A stretch of DNA of 64,000 nucleotides from an uncultured Alphaproteobacteria bacterium (GCA_963786015.1 CAWAXO010000009.1:12855-76854), one strand, 5' to 3'. Shown: positions 1-10,804, counted from the first letter of the stretch. Made by a program: numbers and translations. Notes: generated from the letters alone by a model not told the origin.

Positions 1-75
1 GGCTCAACGGCGGGAGCTGGCATAATCTTCCCTGTCAGGCGGCGTGCGAATCGGTACGGAACTAGGGAGAATTAT

Positions 76-394
76 ATGATTGGTGTACGGTCCTTTACCC
101 TCGGAAAACAGGCGCGCAGTTCGATTGGGCTTATTACTTGCGCAGCCATATCCCGCTGGTCAAACGGAAACTGGGCGACACCCTCAAGGGCCTCTCGATC
201 GAGCAGGGCCTGAACCGGGGGGCGACCAGGATCGAGCACCGCCGTTTGTTGCCGTGGCAGTCCTCAGCTTCGATTCGTGGAAGCGTTCCAGGTGCCTTTG
301 CTCCCCATGCCGCGGCAATCATGGGCGACATTTCGAAGTACACCTCGATTGAGCCGGTGATCACCAGATCAGCGAAGTGAAGATGGCGCCGTAG
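76..394 (+). CDS. EthD family reductase (frameshifted)
   Basis: RBS AGGGAG then ATG at 76. Joining frames gives MIGV.VLYP..TGAQFDWAYYLRSHIPLV...PPFVAVAVLSFDS...FAPHAAAIMGDISKYTSIEPVI.QISEV, the typical EthD pattern. Several indels. Confidence 0.8.
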
Positions 395-584
395 CTGCCT
401 CCCTTGGTCCGCGGCTCGCGGGACGCTCGCCCTCCAGGACAAGCGGCTGGAGGGCGAGCGTCCCGCGAGCTATTCGTCGTTCGAGGGCCCGTTCATCGAG
501 AGACTCCTCGCTCCGCTCCCGGAAGGACGCCGGCGCCTCCACTTCCTCGCGGCGGCGCACACTCAATAGATTTCCAGTAACACA

Positions 585-2897
585 TCAGCGGTCTGGCGCT
601 GATCCTCGCCCTGCATGCCCCAGGGCTGGCGGAACGCTTCGAGATAGGCGATCACGTTGAGCCAGACCGGGTCGGAGCTGTTGCCCGCCAACGCATCGGC
701 CAGTTGGCGGAGGGCCATCGCGCACGCGGGGATTTGGCGTTTTCATAGGCCGCTTCCAACGTGCGCGGCAAAGCGTCAGGCGGGTGTGGCGGTCGGGAGT
801 TGCGTCTGCAAGTCCGGTGAGGAGCCGTTCGACTTCGCCGCCGCGGGCGTTTTCTTCGCGGGTCAAGAGCTTGTAAAACTCACCGCGACGACCGAGCAAG
901 TCGGCGAGGATCAGTTCGAGCGAGCGTTTCACGGTGCCGCTGTGGCTGGCGCGGAGCTCGTTCAGTAATCGCGGGATCACCGCGCGTTCGCCGAGACCGG
1001 CCGAGGGCCTCGGCGCGAGCGACCAGTAGTTTGGCGTCGTGGTGTGGTTGAGCAGATCGAGCAGGGGTTTGGTGGCACGCGGGTCGCGGATTGTGCCGAG
1101 GGCCCGGGCGAGCTCGCAGCGCAGTTCGCGGTCGTCGTCGCCCAGTTTGCGGATCAGGACCTCGACGGCGCGCGGATGATCGGCGTGCCGCAGGGCACGG
1201 GCGATTTGCGGACCGAGATCGGTGTCGGCCACTCCGAGTCGGGCGAGCAGGGCTTCGATGGCTTGGGGGTGTGGACCGTTGCCCAAGGCCGCGGCGGCTT
1301 CCTCACGGACCTCGTAATCGGGATCGTCGAGATTGGCGATCAAGTCGGAGACGGCGAGGGCGGCGCGAGACTCGCCGAGGCCACGGACGGCGACGGCGCG
1401 GTCGCGGGCCGAGACGGCGGCGGTGATGGCGTAGATGTTGTAGACGTTGCGCACGGCGCGCAGGGGATTGCCGAGCCAGAGGCGGGGCAGGGCGACGCCG
1501 ACCGGCAGGTCGCCTTTGCGGAGGGAGATTTTCAGAGTCAGCGGGACACACACCAGCCACACGAACAACATGAACAAGGGCATGAGCACGTGCATGAACC
1601 CAAAGGCGACACCGTTGGGGAGGGTCCAGCCCAGCGGATGGAGTTCGAGCCAGTCGGCACCACGGCACCGCCCAGCAGCGGGCCCAGCGCGGCCATCGCG
1701 CCGATCAAGGTCCAGTGTACCGCCATGGCCATAGTCCGGCCCTGACTCGGTGCCAACGCGGTGAGCAGCCGCAGCTGACAGAGCCCGAGGCTGGAGAGTA
1801 ACGCACCGCCGCCAGGCTCGCCAGCACCTGGAGCACGACGGCCTGGGGCACGTCGAACCGGCCGACCATGGGGAACGAAAAGGTGAGCAGCGTGTGATTG
1901 ATGAACCAGACGAGACCGGTCAGTGGCGCGGTCAGCATCAGCACGGCGGTGTACGCCCGTGCGCCGAGCCGGTCGATGACGTAGCCGGGTTCGAACCCGG
2001 CCAGGATGGCCCCGATGGAGGCGGCGATGCTGATGGCCGAGAGTTGGACGTAGCTGACGCCGAATTCCCCAGGCGCAAGATAGACCAGGCCGAAGGAGGC
2101 GATCAAGCCGATGGCGAAGGACCACGCCCCCATGGTCAGCGTCAGCCACCGGAAATCGGGATGCGCAACGGCGCGACCAGCCGCTCCCAGACCGGGATGC
2201 CGACGGTGCTGGCGCGGCCGGTGGTTCCGGCACGTCCATGTGGGTGATGATGTTGGCCGCACCGAGACGCCCGACGCAGGAACACGATCACCATGAAGCC
2301 GTGCATCGAGCCGCCCGGCTCGCGCGGGTCGGGAAACACGTCGAGGAGATACCCGACGGCGATCGTGGCGGCGAGATAGGCGACCATCACCCAGCTTTGC
2401 GCGGCGCCGGAACCGGGCGCTGCTTGTCGCGAGCACCAGGTCCGCCATCCAACTGTACCAGGATGGAGTCGCGGCTTGCGACAACACGGAACTGAGCGCG
2501 AGGACAACCAACACGAGCTGAGCGACCACGGTGGTCGGGCCGGCAGCGCCAGCAGCAGCAAGGCCGGCACGGAACCATAGAGCGGTGGGTGAGCGCGGTC
2601 ACGGCCCAGAATCGTTTGCGGCCGGTGAACTGCTCGGCGAGGAGCGAGGCGGGGACCTGCACGAACGTGGCGAGTTGCTGGAGGGTGCTGGCGAGACCAA
2701 TCTGGACGCCACTGGCGCCCGAGGCTTTCGAGCATCATCACCAGCGGGATTCCGAGCACGGTCGCCACCCAGACCGTGCCCATCGAGCCGGCGACTGTTC
2801 AGGCGCAGACCGCGGCGCACCTCGCGCTCGGTCATGGGGCTGCGATCCTGCCGTCGGAGTTGTTCGCCCTGCTCGCTGATGCCGGCGGAGGCTGCAT
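585..2897 (-). CDS. MFS transporter fused to C-terminal HEAT/PBS-lyase repeats (multiply frameshifted)
   Basis: Fragments 2142-2783, 2387-2662, 1705-2529 and 585-1595 give successive TM helices (QVPASLLAEQFTGRKRFW, GYVIDRLGAR) followed by HEAT repeats (LDDPDYEVREEAAAALG, LGDDDRELRCELARALG). Confidence 0.7.
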
Positions 2898-3020
2898 AGG
2901 ATGGCCAGGGCGTGGTGTCAATGCAGGGGGGGTGGCCAAAGACGAGCGCGCTCGGAGATCGCGCTCCACCTCGGCCGGGTAGAACGCGATCTCCGAGCGC
3001 GTTCTGATCAGACAGCGGCT

Positions 3021-3611
3021 CTACTGCTTCACGAATTCGCCCTGGATCTCGAGCTCGACGTCGTCGCCGACCATGACGCCACCGGCTTCGAGGACCTTGT
3101 TCCACGTCAGACCGAAATCTTTACGGTTGATGGTGGTCTTGGCGTCGATCGCAAAGCGGGTTTTGCCCCACGGATCCTGGATCGGCCCTTTGAGCGTGAA
3201 CGGCAATGCGATCTCCTTGGCCACGCCATGGATCGTCAGCGTGCCGTTGGCGACCCAGTTTTTACCGTCGGCCTTGACGCTCTTCGCCACGAAAGTGAGT
3301 TTCCGGGTTCTTGGCGACATCGAAGAAGTCAGGTGACCGCAGGTGGTTGTCGCGTTTCTCGTTGCGGGTATCGATGCTGGCGGCCTTGATAGTCGCCGTG
3401 GCGCTGTTCACGGGCGGGGTGGCGGCCGGGTCGTAGGTGATGTGCGCGGTGAACTCATCGAAGGTGCCGTGCACCGTGTTAATGACCAGGTGGCTGACGG
3501 CGAACCCAATCGTCGAGTGCGCGGGAACCATCGCGTAATCGTCGGCGCGAACCGCCCGCGTTCCCCGAGTCAAGACAGCGTCTGCAACAGCAAAGCTCGA
3601 TAATTCATCAT
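3021..3611 (-). CDS. YceI family lipid/polyisoprenoid-binding protein (frameshifted)
   Basis: [72 protein letters not shown]. Frameshift near 3302; signal region garbled. Confidence 0.85.
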
Positions 3612-3690
3612 GCTGCTTGAGATGCTGCCGGGGCACGGGAGGATTCGGCCCCGGCTGGTCTTTCGCATTGAAATGCGGCGGTGGTTTCGA

Positions 3691-3852
3691 CAAGGGACTC
3701 CAGGACACTCGATCCTCGAATTCCCGGTGCTCGATCTGCTCGCCTCGGCACGCAACGTCCGCGAGGTGCAGGTCATCAACGGCCTCGTCCCCGGCAACCT
3801 CACCCGCGCGCTTGCCGGCGAGCATGTCGGCACCATCATTACCGCGAGCTAG
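3691..3852 (+). pseudogene. mosB: Molybdenum storage protein beta subunit, C-terminal ~50 aa only
   Basis: [47 protein letters not shown] matches the MosB C-terminus as I recall it. Directly upstream of mosA; 5' part absent. Confidence 0.8.
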
Positions 3853-3864
3853 AGAGAACTCACC

Positions 3865-4695
3865 ATGGCTGACACCAACCAGATCAAGCACGTCGCCTCG
3901 CCGCTCGCACGCCGAACTCTCCTCGACGACGATCTCACCCGACCCGTCGCCGGTGGACGTCCGATCCGGCTCCTCCCTTGGGTGCAGGTCGTGAAGATCG
4001 GCGGTCGCTCCATCATGGATCGCGGCCACGAGGCAATCCTCCCGCTCGTGGACGAATTGCGGACGCTTCTGCCTGAGCACCGTCTGCTCATTCTGACCGG
4101 TGCCGGCGTCCGCGCCCGCCACGTCTACAGCGTTGGTCTCGACCTCGGCCTGCCGGTCGGGTCGCTTGCTCCGCTCGCCGCAAGCGAAGCCGGCCAGAAC
4201 GGCCATATCCTCGCGTCCTTGCTCGCACCGGAGGGCGTCTCCTATGTCGAGCATCCCACCATCGCGAGCCAACTCGCCATTCACCTCTCCGCGACGCGCG
4301 CGGTCGTGGGGAGCGCTTTTCCTCCATATCACCATCATGAGTTCCCGACCTCGCGCATCCCGCTCCACCGGGCCGACACCGGCGCATTTCTGCTCGCCGA
4401 CGCGCTGGGAGCTGCCGGCCTCACAATCGTGGAGGACGTGGATGGGGTGTACACCACTGATCCCCATGGGGCCGACGGGAAACAGGCCAAGTTGCTCCGA
4501 GAGACGAGCGTCGCCGAACTCGCGAAGCTCAAGGGTACGCTGCCATTTGATCGTGCGCTCATCGAGGTCATGGCGAACGCACAACACATCGATCACGTGC
4601 AGATCGTGAACGGGTTAGTTCCCGGCCGGCTCAGTGCGGCCCTGCGCGGCCAGCATGTCGGGTCGATCATTCGCACGGGCGCACGCCCGGCCTGA
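3865..4695 (+). CDS. mosA: Molybdenum storage protein alpha subunit (amino-acid kinase fold)
   Basis: Intact 276 aa. [47 protein letters not shown] and [15 protein letters not shown] match Azotobacter MoSto alpha. Confidence 0.9.
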   Translation: MADTNQIKHVASPLARRTLLDDDLTRPVAGGRPIRLLPWVQVVKIGGRSIMDRGHEAILPLVDELRTLLPEHRLLILTGAGVRARHVYSVGLDLGLPVGSLAPLAASEAGQNGHILASLLAPEGVSYVEHPTIASQLAIHLSATRAVVGSAFPPYHHHEFPTSRIPLHRADTGAFLLADALGAAGLTIVEDVDGVYTTDPHGADGKQAKLLRETSVAELAKLKGTLPFDRALIEVMANAQHIDHVQIVNGLVPGRLSAALRGQHVGSIIRTGARPA

Positions 4696-5073
4696 AACCA
4701 TTCTCGCCGATCGAAAGGTCGCGCGACTGGACACGCAATTTCCGCAATGGGGTCACGAGCCGCAATACTCGCGGCCAGGTCAGATGAGCCTTCGAAAGGA
4801 GACCTGAGCGCAGCCGGTCAATCTCGACGCGATGGGCCAGTGCCGGTCATTCCGGTTACCTCGTCTGTGCAGGCGTGCGTAGTCTCATTCGACGACCCGC
4901 TTAGCCCGCTCAACCGCTCCGCTGAGATAGGGCAGACTTGTTGTCGCTTGCGAAGTCTGAACCAAGCTTAGGTCGATGAAGACAAATATCCATCGAGATT
5001 GCGGTGAGGTTCGTTACCCAATCGTCGCTCGATGCATGCCTCTTGGATATTTTACACACTATGGAGGTAGCCC

Positions 5074-5373
5074 ATGCCGATCGTGCAATTTACTCGTTTC
5101 AAAACCGACAAGGCCGAGGAAATGGTCCAGATTGTCAGGCGGGCAAAGAGGATTTTTGAAAAACACGGTGCCGAATTTCTTCGGCTGTCCCGTTTCCACA
5201 CTGGCCCATGGGCTGGAGAGTTGCTGGTTACGACGCGCTATTCCAGTTGGGAAGTTTACGGCAAAGTGCAGGAGGCCGTAGCGAAGGACCCGGAATTCGC
5301 GCAGGTGCAGGCTGACGGAATGAAGATTGCCCAACTAGAAGGCCGTAACATCGCCGTTGGCATCGATCTTTAG
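5074..5373 (+). CDS. Small hypothetical protein, NIPSNAP-like/dimeric alpha-beta barrel
   Basis: GGAGG RBS, intact 99-aa ORF, amphipathic pattern (FHTGPWAGE, RYSSWEVYGK). Fold is inferred. Confidence 0.65.
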   Translation: MPIVQFTRFKTDKAEEMVQIVRRAKRIFEKHGAEFLRLSRFHTGPWAGELLVTTRYSSWEVYGKVQEAVAKDPEFAQVQADGMKIAQLEGRNIAVGIDL

Positions 5374-5395
5374 TTGTCGCGCCGACGTTGAGCGG

Positions 5396-5425
5396 AGGCC
5401 GCTGGACATATGCCGGCGGCCTTTT
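5396..5425 (+). terminator. Probable intrinsic terminator
   Basis: GGCCGCTGG-loop-CCGGCGGCC followed by TTTT. Confidence 0.5.
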
Positions 5426-5702
5426 CAATTTCGATAGATTGCAGCCGTAGTTGATGTTCGCGTCCCTCCAGCTTGGTAGGGAGACAGTCTAATGCACGAC
5501 GCTACATGAAATGTCACCGACCACCGCTGCTGCCCAAACCAGACGATGAGCAAGGAACGCCAGTTCGACAACCGCCGATCAGATTGCCGACGTCGGTCCA
5601 TCTCACTGCTATCGTCATGGCGCATCTGACCTGCTTAGCCTTGTTGATGAGGTTTTCCTTTTGATACGTTCATCCCGGGTCATGCCCGGGGAGAAGCAAC
5701 AA

Positions 5703-6483
5703 ATGAACCTATCGATGAAGGATCGCGTCGCAGTCGTGACCGGCGGCAGCAAAGGCATCGGAATCGCGGTGGCGCGCCGATTTGCCGAGTCAGGTGCGAG
5801 CGTAGCAATCCTCGCACGCGGAGCAGCCGATCTGAAGCTCGCGCGCGAAACGCTCGCCAAGGACGGACTCGTCGTGCGCGATTACGTCTGCGACGTATCC
5901 AAGGCCGAGGCCATCACCAAGGCCCATCATCAGATCGTTGCCGATTTCGGCAAGATCGACGTGCTCGTCAACAACGCCGGAACGGCGCGCACGATGGCAT
6001 TCGAAAATATCAGCGACGAAGCCTGGCAGGAGGACCTCGATCTGAAGCTGTTTGCTGCGATCCGATTCAGCCGGTTGGTCTGGGACGGCATGAAGCGGCG
6101 CAAATGGGGCCGAAATCATCAACGTGCTCAACACCTTTGCGAAGGCGCCGGCCGGCAATTCCGCACCAACATCAGTGTCGCGCGCGGCCGGCATGGCGCT
6201 GACGAAGGTGATGGCGAACGAGGGTGGCGAGCACAACATCCTCGTGAACGCCCTGCTCGTCGGCCTGATCATGAGCGATCAGTGGGCGAAGCGGCACGCG
6301 GCGCAGGCGCCCAACACGGATTTCGAGGAATTCGCCAAGGGTCTTGCCAAGGGCACGCCGCTCGGCCGCATCGGCACAGCGGAAGAGTTCGCCAACCTCG
6401 CCTGCCTGCTGGCTTCCGAGCAGGGGTCTTACATCACCGGAACCGCCATCAACGTCGATGGCGGCCGATCACCGGTGGTCTAG
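5703..6483 (+). CDS. Short-chain dehydrogenase/reductase (frameshift near 6112)
   Basis: VTGGSKGIG, VLVNNAG, then second frame TPLGRIG...YITGTAINVDGG. Confidence 0.9.
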
Positions 6484-6526
6484 GAAGAACAGTATCTCGG
6501 AAGCCTCTCAGCTGAGGCTCCCGATC

Positions 6527-6937
6527 TTACTCGTCGCGATAGACCTTCTCACGCTTCTCGTGGCGCTCTTGCGCCTCAACCGACAGCGTCGCGATCGGAC
6601 GGGCTTCGAGGCGCTTCAGCGAGATCGGCTCGCCGGTCTCCTCGCAATAGCCGTAGGTATTGTCCTCGATGCGCTGGAGCGCAGCGTCGATCTTTGAAAT
6701 CAGCTTGCGCTGGCGGTCGCGGGCGCGCAGCTCGATCGCCCGGTCGGTCTCTGAGGAGGCCCGATCGGCGAGATCGGGATGATTGACGTTTTCCTCCTGG
6801 AGGGCCTGCAGCGTCAACTTCGATTCCCGCAGGATCTCGTCCTTCCATGCCAGCAGTTTTGCGCGGAAATATTCGCGCTGACGGTCATTCATGAAAGGCT
6901 CTTTTTCGGAAGGCCTGTAGTTTTTCAACTTTTCCAA
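6527..6937 (-). CDS. dksA: RNA polymerase-binding protein DksA
   Basis: PDLADRASSETDR, YGYCEETGEPISLKRLEARPIATLS. Start is probably TTG 6937 or ATG 6892. Confidence 0.95.
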   Translation of the reverse strand: MEKLKNYRPSEKEPFMNDRQREYFRAKLLAWKDEILRESKLTLQALQEENVNHPDLADRASSETDRAIELRARDRQRKLISKIDAALQRIEDNTYGYCEETGEPISLKRLEARPIATLSVEAQERHEKREKVYRDE

Positions 6938-7157
6938 GGTGAGCCCATCTGCACTAAAAAATGCCAATACCGGCGGCGCCCGGGGAACGGAAAACCTAAC
7001 GTTTTCGCGGGCCTTATATAGCGGCGTCCTGTGACAGACAATATCGGTTGCAGCGACTGAGCCCGCCGTAGCCGGCGACCGTCGCCAGGAACCTGTGCGC
7101 AACCTCCAAAAGGCCTCCGGACCGGAGGACCCTGCCCGGACCTACCTCGTCCGAGCC

Positions 7158-7574
7158 CTAAAATCGCCCGGCTTTGGCCAATTCGACCTCCACCCGCAAC
7201 TCGATCTCGGACAGGACCGAGTCGAGGCCGGGATCGCCGGAGGCCGTCTTCAGGTTGGCGGCCGCATCGCGCAGCCGGCTCACGGTGGCCGAATCGAGCT
7301 TGCCCGCGAGAAGCTTGAGCTTGAGGTCATCCAGCACGTCGAGCGCGCCCTTGCCTCGCTGCACCGAGCGGCGGCGCCGCTCGGTCGGATCCTCCTCGAT
7401 TCCCTGGAGGGCCAGAAGCGCGTCGATATTGGCCGTCGCCTTCGGGGCCGTGGTGGCGCGGCTCTCCGAGGCGGTGCCGAGGTCTTCCGGTAGCGAGAAG
7501 CCGCCGGATGAGGTTCGCCTTGCGCTGTTTGCGGGCGTGCCAAGCGTGGTGCCGTTCGGTCCGTAGATGCGCAT
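7158..7574 (-). CDS. fliX: Flagellar assembly regulator FliX
   Basis: IDALLALQG, RG..ALDVLDDLK, EIELRVEVELAK; divergent from flgI. Confidence 0.9.
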   Translation of the reverse strand: MRIYGPNGTTLGTPANSARRTSSGGFSLPEDLGTASESRATTAPKATANIDALLALQGIEEDPTERRRRSVQRGKGALDVLDDLKLKLLAGKLDSATVSRLRDAAANLKTASGDPGLDSVLSEIELRVEVELAKAGRF

Positions 7575-7637
7575 CGTCTGCCCTCGGCGGAAGATGGCGT
7601 AACCTTGGCGCTTTTATGGTTAACGCGTCGTAAACGG

Positions 7638-7654
7638 CCCGGCAAAATTTGCCG
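7638..7654. promoter_or_regulatory. ftr-like (FlbD-binding) enhancer
   Basis: CCCGGCA-AAATT-TGCCG palindrome ~100 bp upstream of the flgI sigma54 promoter. Confidence 0.65.
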
Positions 7655-7750
7655 CAGCCAGCGCTTTTTGCCCTTGCCGGTTAGCGCGGCCTTCTCGGCC
7701 GACGCAAACTTTTCCCAATCAACTCAACGCATTGCGCAACGGATTCGACG

Positions 7751-7766
7751 TGGCATGGAGCTCGCA
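7751..7766 (+). promoter_or_regulatory. sigma54 (-24/-12) promoter of flgI operon
   Basis: TGGCATGGAGCTCGCA = GG-N10-GC. Confidence 0.65.
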
Positions 7767-7837
7767 TAGAGGTCTGCGGATCGCCCGTCATGGGAGTGGC
7801 GGGCTGGTCCTGGAATTGGAGTGAAGGGGAGCGAAGG

Positions 7838-8962
7838 ATGCGCTGCGTCCGTCCGGTAGACGTATTTGGAGTGGCCTGCGCCGCGCTGCTGGCGTGGGCG
7901 CTGTTCGTCGTGCCCGCGGGCGCGACCTCGCGAATCAAGGATCTCGCCAATATCGAAGGCGTGCGCCAGAATCAGCTGATCGGCTATGGCCTCGTCGTCG
8001 GCCTCAACGGCACCGGCGACACACTCAACAACATCCCCTTCACCAAGCAATCGCTGCAGGCAATGCTCGAGCGGATGGGCGTCAACATCCGCGGCGCCAC
8101 CATCCGCACCGGCAATGTCGCTGCCGTCATGGTAACCGGCAACCTGCCACCCTTCGCCACCCAGGGCACCCGGATGGACGTGACGGTGTCTGCGCTTGGC
8201 GATGCCAAGAACCTGCAGGGCGGCACCCTGCTCGTCACCCCCCTGCTCGGCGCCGACGGCAATGTCTATTCGGTCGCGCAGGGCTCGCTCGCGATCTCCG
8301 GGTTCCAGGCCGAAGGCGAAGCCGCCAAGATCGTGCGCGGCGTGCCAACAGTCGGCCGGATCGCCAACGGTGCCATCATCGAGCGCGAGATCGAGTTCGC
8401 GCTCAATCGGCTGCCCAATGTGCGGCTGGCGCTGCGCAACGCAGACTTCACCACCGCCAAGCGGATCGCCGCCGCGATCAACGATTTCCTCGGCGTCAAG
8501 ACCGCCGAGCCGATCGATCCCTCGACCGTGCAGCTCTCGATCCCCCCGGAGTTCAAGGGCAACGTCGTCGCCTTCCTGACCGAGATCGAGCAGTTGCAGG
8601 TCGACCCTGACCTCGCGGCCAAGATCATCATCGACGAGCGCTCCGGCATCATCGTGATGGGCCGCGACGTCCGCGTCGCCACCGTCGCGGTCGCGCAGGG
8701 CAACCTCACCGTCACGATTTCGGAAAGCCCGCAGGTGAGCCAGCCCAATCCGTTGTCGCGCGGACGCACCGTGGTGACGCCGCGCTCCAGCGTCTCCGTC
8801 ACCGAGGACGGCAAGAAGCTGGCCGTGGTCAAGGACGGCGTGTCGCTGCAGCAGCTCGTCGACGGCCTCAACGGGCTCGGCATCGGGCCGCGTGACCTGA
8901 TCGGCATCCTGCAGGCGATCAAAGCCGCCGGCGCGATCGAAGCCGACATCGAGGTGATGTGA
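7838..8962 (+). CDS. flgI: Flagellar basal body P-ring protein
   Basis: SRIKDL.NIEGVRQNQLIGYGLVVGLNGTGD, NVAAVMVT.NLPPF, LQAIKAAGAIEADIEVM. Confidence 0.97.
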   Translation: MRCVRPVDVFGVACAALLAWALFVVPAGATSRIKDLANIEGVRQNQLIGYGLVVGLNGTGDTLNNIPFTKQSLQAMLERMGVNIRGATIRTGNVAAVMVTGNLPPFATQGTRMDVTVSALGDAKNLQGGTLLVTPLLGADGNVYSVAQGSLAISGFQAEGEAAKIVRGVPTVGRIANGAIIEREIEFALNRLPNVRLALRNADFTTAKRIAAAINDFLGVKTAEPIDPSTVQLSIPPEFKGNVVAFLTEIEQLQVDPDLAAKIIIDERSGIIVMGRDVRVATVAVAQGNLTVTISESPQVSQPNPLSRGRTVVTPRSSVSVTEDGKKLAVVKDGVSLQQLVDGLNGLGIGPRDLIGILQAIKAAGAIEADIEVM

Positions 8963-9327
8963 TGGCCAGCACTATCGACAGCTTCGCCGGTCGCGTACCG
9001 CTCAACTTGCCAAGCCCGCTGGCATCGACCGCGCCGCGGACGGATCTCGATCTGGCAGACGCGCTCACCAAGGTCTCCCCCGCAGCGCAGGCAAAAGCAA
9101 AAGCGACCGCCACCGATTTCGAGGGAATGTTCCTCAACTCGATGTTCTCGCAGATGACAAGCGGCCTCAAGGGCGAAGGTCCGTTCGGCGACACGCCGGG
9201 CACCGGCGTGTGGCGCTCGATGCTGACCGAGCAATACTCCAAGTCCTTCGCCAAGGCGGGCGGCGTCGGCATTTCCAACGAGATCTTCCGCACGCTGATC
9301 CTGCAGCAGGCCAAACAGGCGCACTGA
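8959..9327 (+). CDS. flgJ: FlgJ-like rod-binding protein (no muramidase domain)
   Basis: A.DFEGMFLNSMFSQM...WRSMLTEQYSK...GGVGIS; overlaps the flgI stop. Confidence 0.8.
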   Translation: MMASTIDSFAGRVPLNLPSPLASTAPRTDLDLADALTKVSPAAQAKAKATATDFEGMFLNSMFSQMTSGLKGEGPFGDTPGTGVWRSMLTEQYSKSFAKAGGVGISNEIFRTLILQQAKQAH

Positions 9328-9357
9328 ACTCGAGCAAACATTCAAGGGGACATTTGA

Positions 9358-9864
9358 ATGACAATGCAGGCGCAATCGCAAGGCAATCAACGGCAAGAGG
9401 CTCAATCCCCCTACCCTGCCGTCACCACGGCCGCCGAGGCGCGCAAGCTCGCCCAGGACATGATCGACGTCATGAGCGCGCTGCTGGCGACGATCGAGCG
9501 GGAGACCGCGCTGGTCCGTGCCGGCAAGCTGCGCGAGGCGATGGCGTTCGAGCCCGAGAAGACCGTGCTGTCGCGCCGCTATGTCGGCGCCGTCGGACAT
9601 CTGAAAGCCAGCCAGAAATTCATGAAGCAAACGACGCCCGAGCTCCTGACCACGCTGCACCGCCATCACGACACATTCCGCGCCATGCTGCAGGTCAACC
9701 TCACCGTGCTCGCGACCGCCCATGCAGTGTCCGAAAACATCGTGCGCGGCGTCAATGCCGAGATGCAGCGCCGCAATATCCCGAGCACCTACACGGCGGG
9801 CGGACAGCGTGCGACCCCCGGGCCACGCCACATGAAGCCGCTGTCGGTCAGCCGGTCGCTGTGA
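9358..9864 (+). CDS. Hypothetical flagellar protein, possibly FlgN-like chaperone
   Basis: Helical 168-aa ORF after flgJ (IERETALVRAG, N..VL..A, TYTAGG). Assignment by position and pattern only. Confidence 0.55.
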   Translation: MTMQAQSQGNQRQEAQSPYPAVTTAAEARKLAQDMIDVMSALLATIERETALVRAGKLREAMAFEPEKTVLSRRYVGAVGHLKASQKFMKQTTPELLTTLHRHHDTFRAMLQVNLTVLATAHAVSENIVRGVNAEMQRRNIPSTYTAGGQRATPGPRHMKPLSVSRSL

Positions 9865-10028
9865 CGACCGCGCGCTTTCACAATCCTTAAAGACTTTCTT
9901 AACAACAGCGCGCTCCCGTTAGCGCGCTGTTTGCCTTATTCCCTAACAGAACATTGAAATCTGTCGGCTATGGTTGCGATCGGAGGTGGATTGGGTTTTT
10001 AAGTCCAGAGCGGCACTAGGAGGCTGCC

Positions 10029-10394
10029 ATGAGTACAGATTACAGCATCAGGCCGGTGGGATCACCGGCTCCTTCGCCAGCCGCCCAGCCTGCGAGCCAG
10101 GCGGTCAGCAACGCGGTCCCGACGGATCTGCCGGCCAGTCAGAGCGTGACGGCGGCGGACACCAGCGCCGCTGTCCGCAATGATATTCAGCTTTCGAACG
10201 ACTTCGTCTCCCGCGAAGCTTTCTTCGACCGCGAAGCGGGCGCGATGGTCTATCAGGTGCTCGACAGCAACACCGACCAGGTCGTGGAGCAATTTCCCGA
10301 CGAGGCCGTGCTGCGCCGCCGCGCCTATTTCCACTCGCTGGATATGAGCAAGGACGAAGCCCCGCGCGTGCCGCCAACGGATCGCGTCGCCTGA
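10029..10394 (+). CDS. Hypothetical protein, FlaG-like
   Basis: AGGAGG RBS. C-terminal VYQVLDSNTDQVVEQFPDEAVL resembles the FlaG motif V.D..TG.VI.QIP.E. Confidence 0.6.
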   Translation: MSTDYSIRPVGSPAPSPAAQPASQAVSNAVPTDLPASQSVTAADTSAAVRNDIQLSNDFVSREAFFDREAGAMVYQVLDSNTDQVVEQFPDEAVLRRRAYFHSLDMSKDEAPRVPPTDRVA

Positions 10395-10435
10395 GCTAAC
10401 GCGGACCGCGTCGCTAGGCCCCGGTCCGCGTTGGC
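10395..10435. terminator. Hairpin between convergent genes
   Basis: GCTAACGCGGACCG ... CGGTCCGCGTTGGC inverted repeat. Confidence 0.5.
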
Positions 10436-10437
10436 GG

Positions 10438-10804
10438 TCGAGCGACGGCCCGCCAAGCCGGCGGCGATGTTGGTGTTGATGTCGATCAGCGACGTCAGCT
10501 TCTTCGGATCGGGATCCATCTGCATCTCGAGCGTCTGCTTCATCACGAAGATGCCGAGGTTGGCGATGTTCTGACGGATATCGAGCGAATTCTGATTGCC
10601 GTTGTCCTCGGCCGCGCTCAGGAAGATCGACCACAGCCTGCGATTAAACAGCAACGCCTTGTGCATGTTCCTGTCGGGGCCGTTCCAGTTCGCCTGCACT
10701 TCCTGGAGCTGCCTTGCCGCCTTCAGAAGCGCCTGTGCTTCGATCTCCCTTGGAGCCGCCGTCGTTTGCGACGTGCGTGCATAGGCTTGAGCGGCATGAG
10801 ACAT
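10438..10804 (-). CDS. flaF: Flagellar biosynthesis regulator FlaF
   Basis: AAQAYART, PREIEA.ALLKAA..L, ALLFNRRLWSIF, LIDIN.NIAAGL. The ORF as given runs to 10325; the true stop is probably T(C)GA at 10438-10441. Confidence 0.9.

Noticed and set aside
369-566. 65-aa ORF
   Set aside because: No recognisable motif; lies in a suspected junction region.
3865-4695. Uridylate kinase call, or proof of nitrogen fixation
   Set aside because: The sequence fits MosA better than PyrH. There are no nif genes in the window and linkage to the main genome is uncertain.
6938-7102. N-terminally extended 191-aa DksA
   Set aside because: Open frame upstream of the conserved start, covering promoter-like DNA with no recognisable motif.
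10325-10437. C-terminal extension of FlaF overlapping the convergent gene
   Set aside because: Removing one base restores TGA at 10438-10441, just before a terminator-like hairpin.
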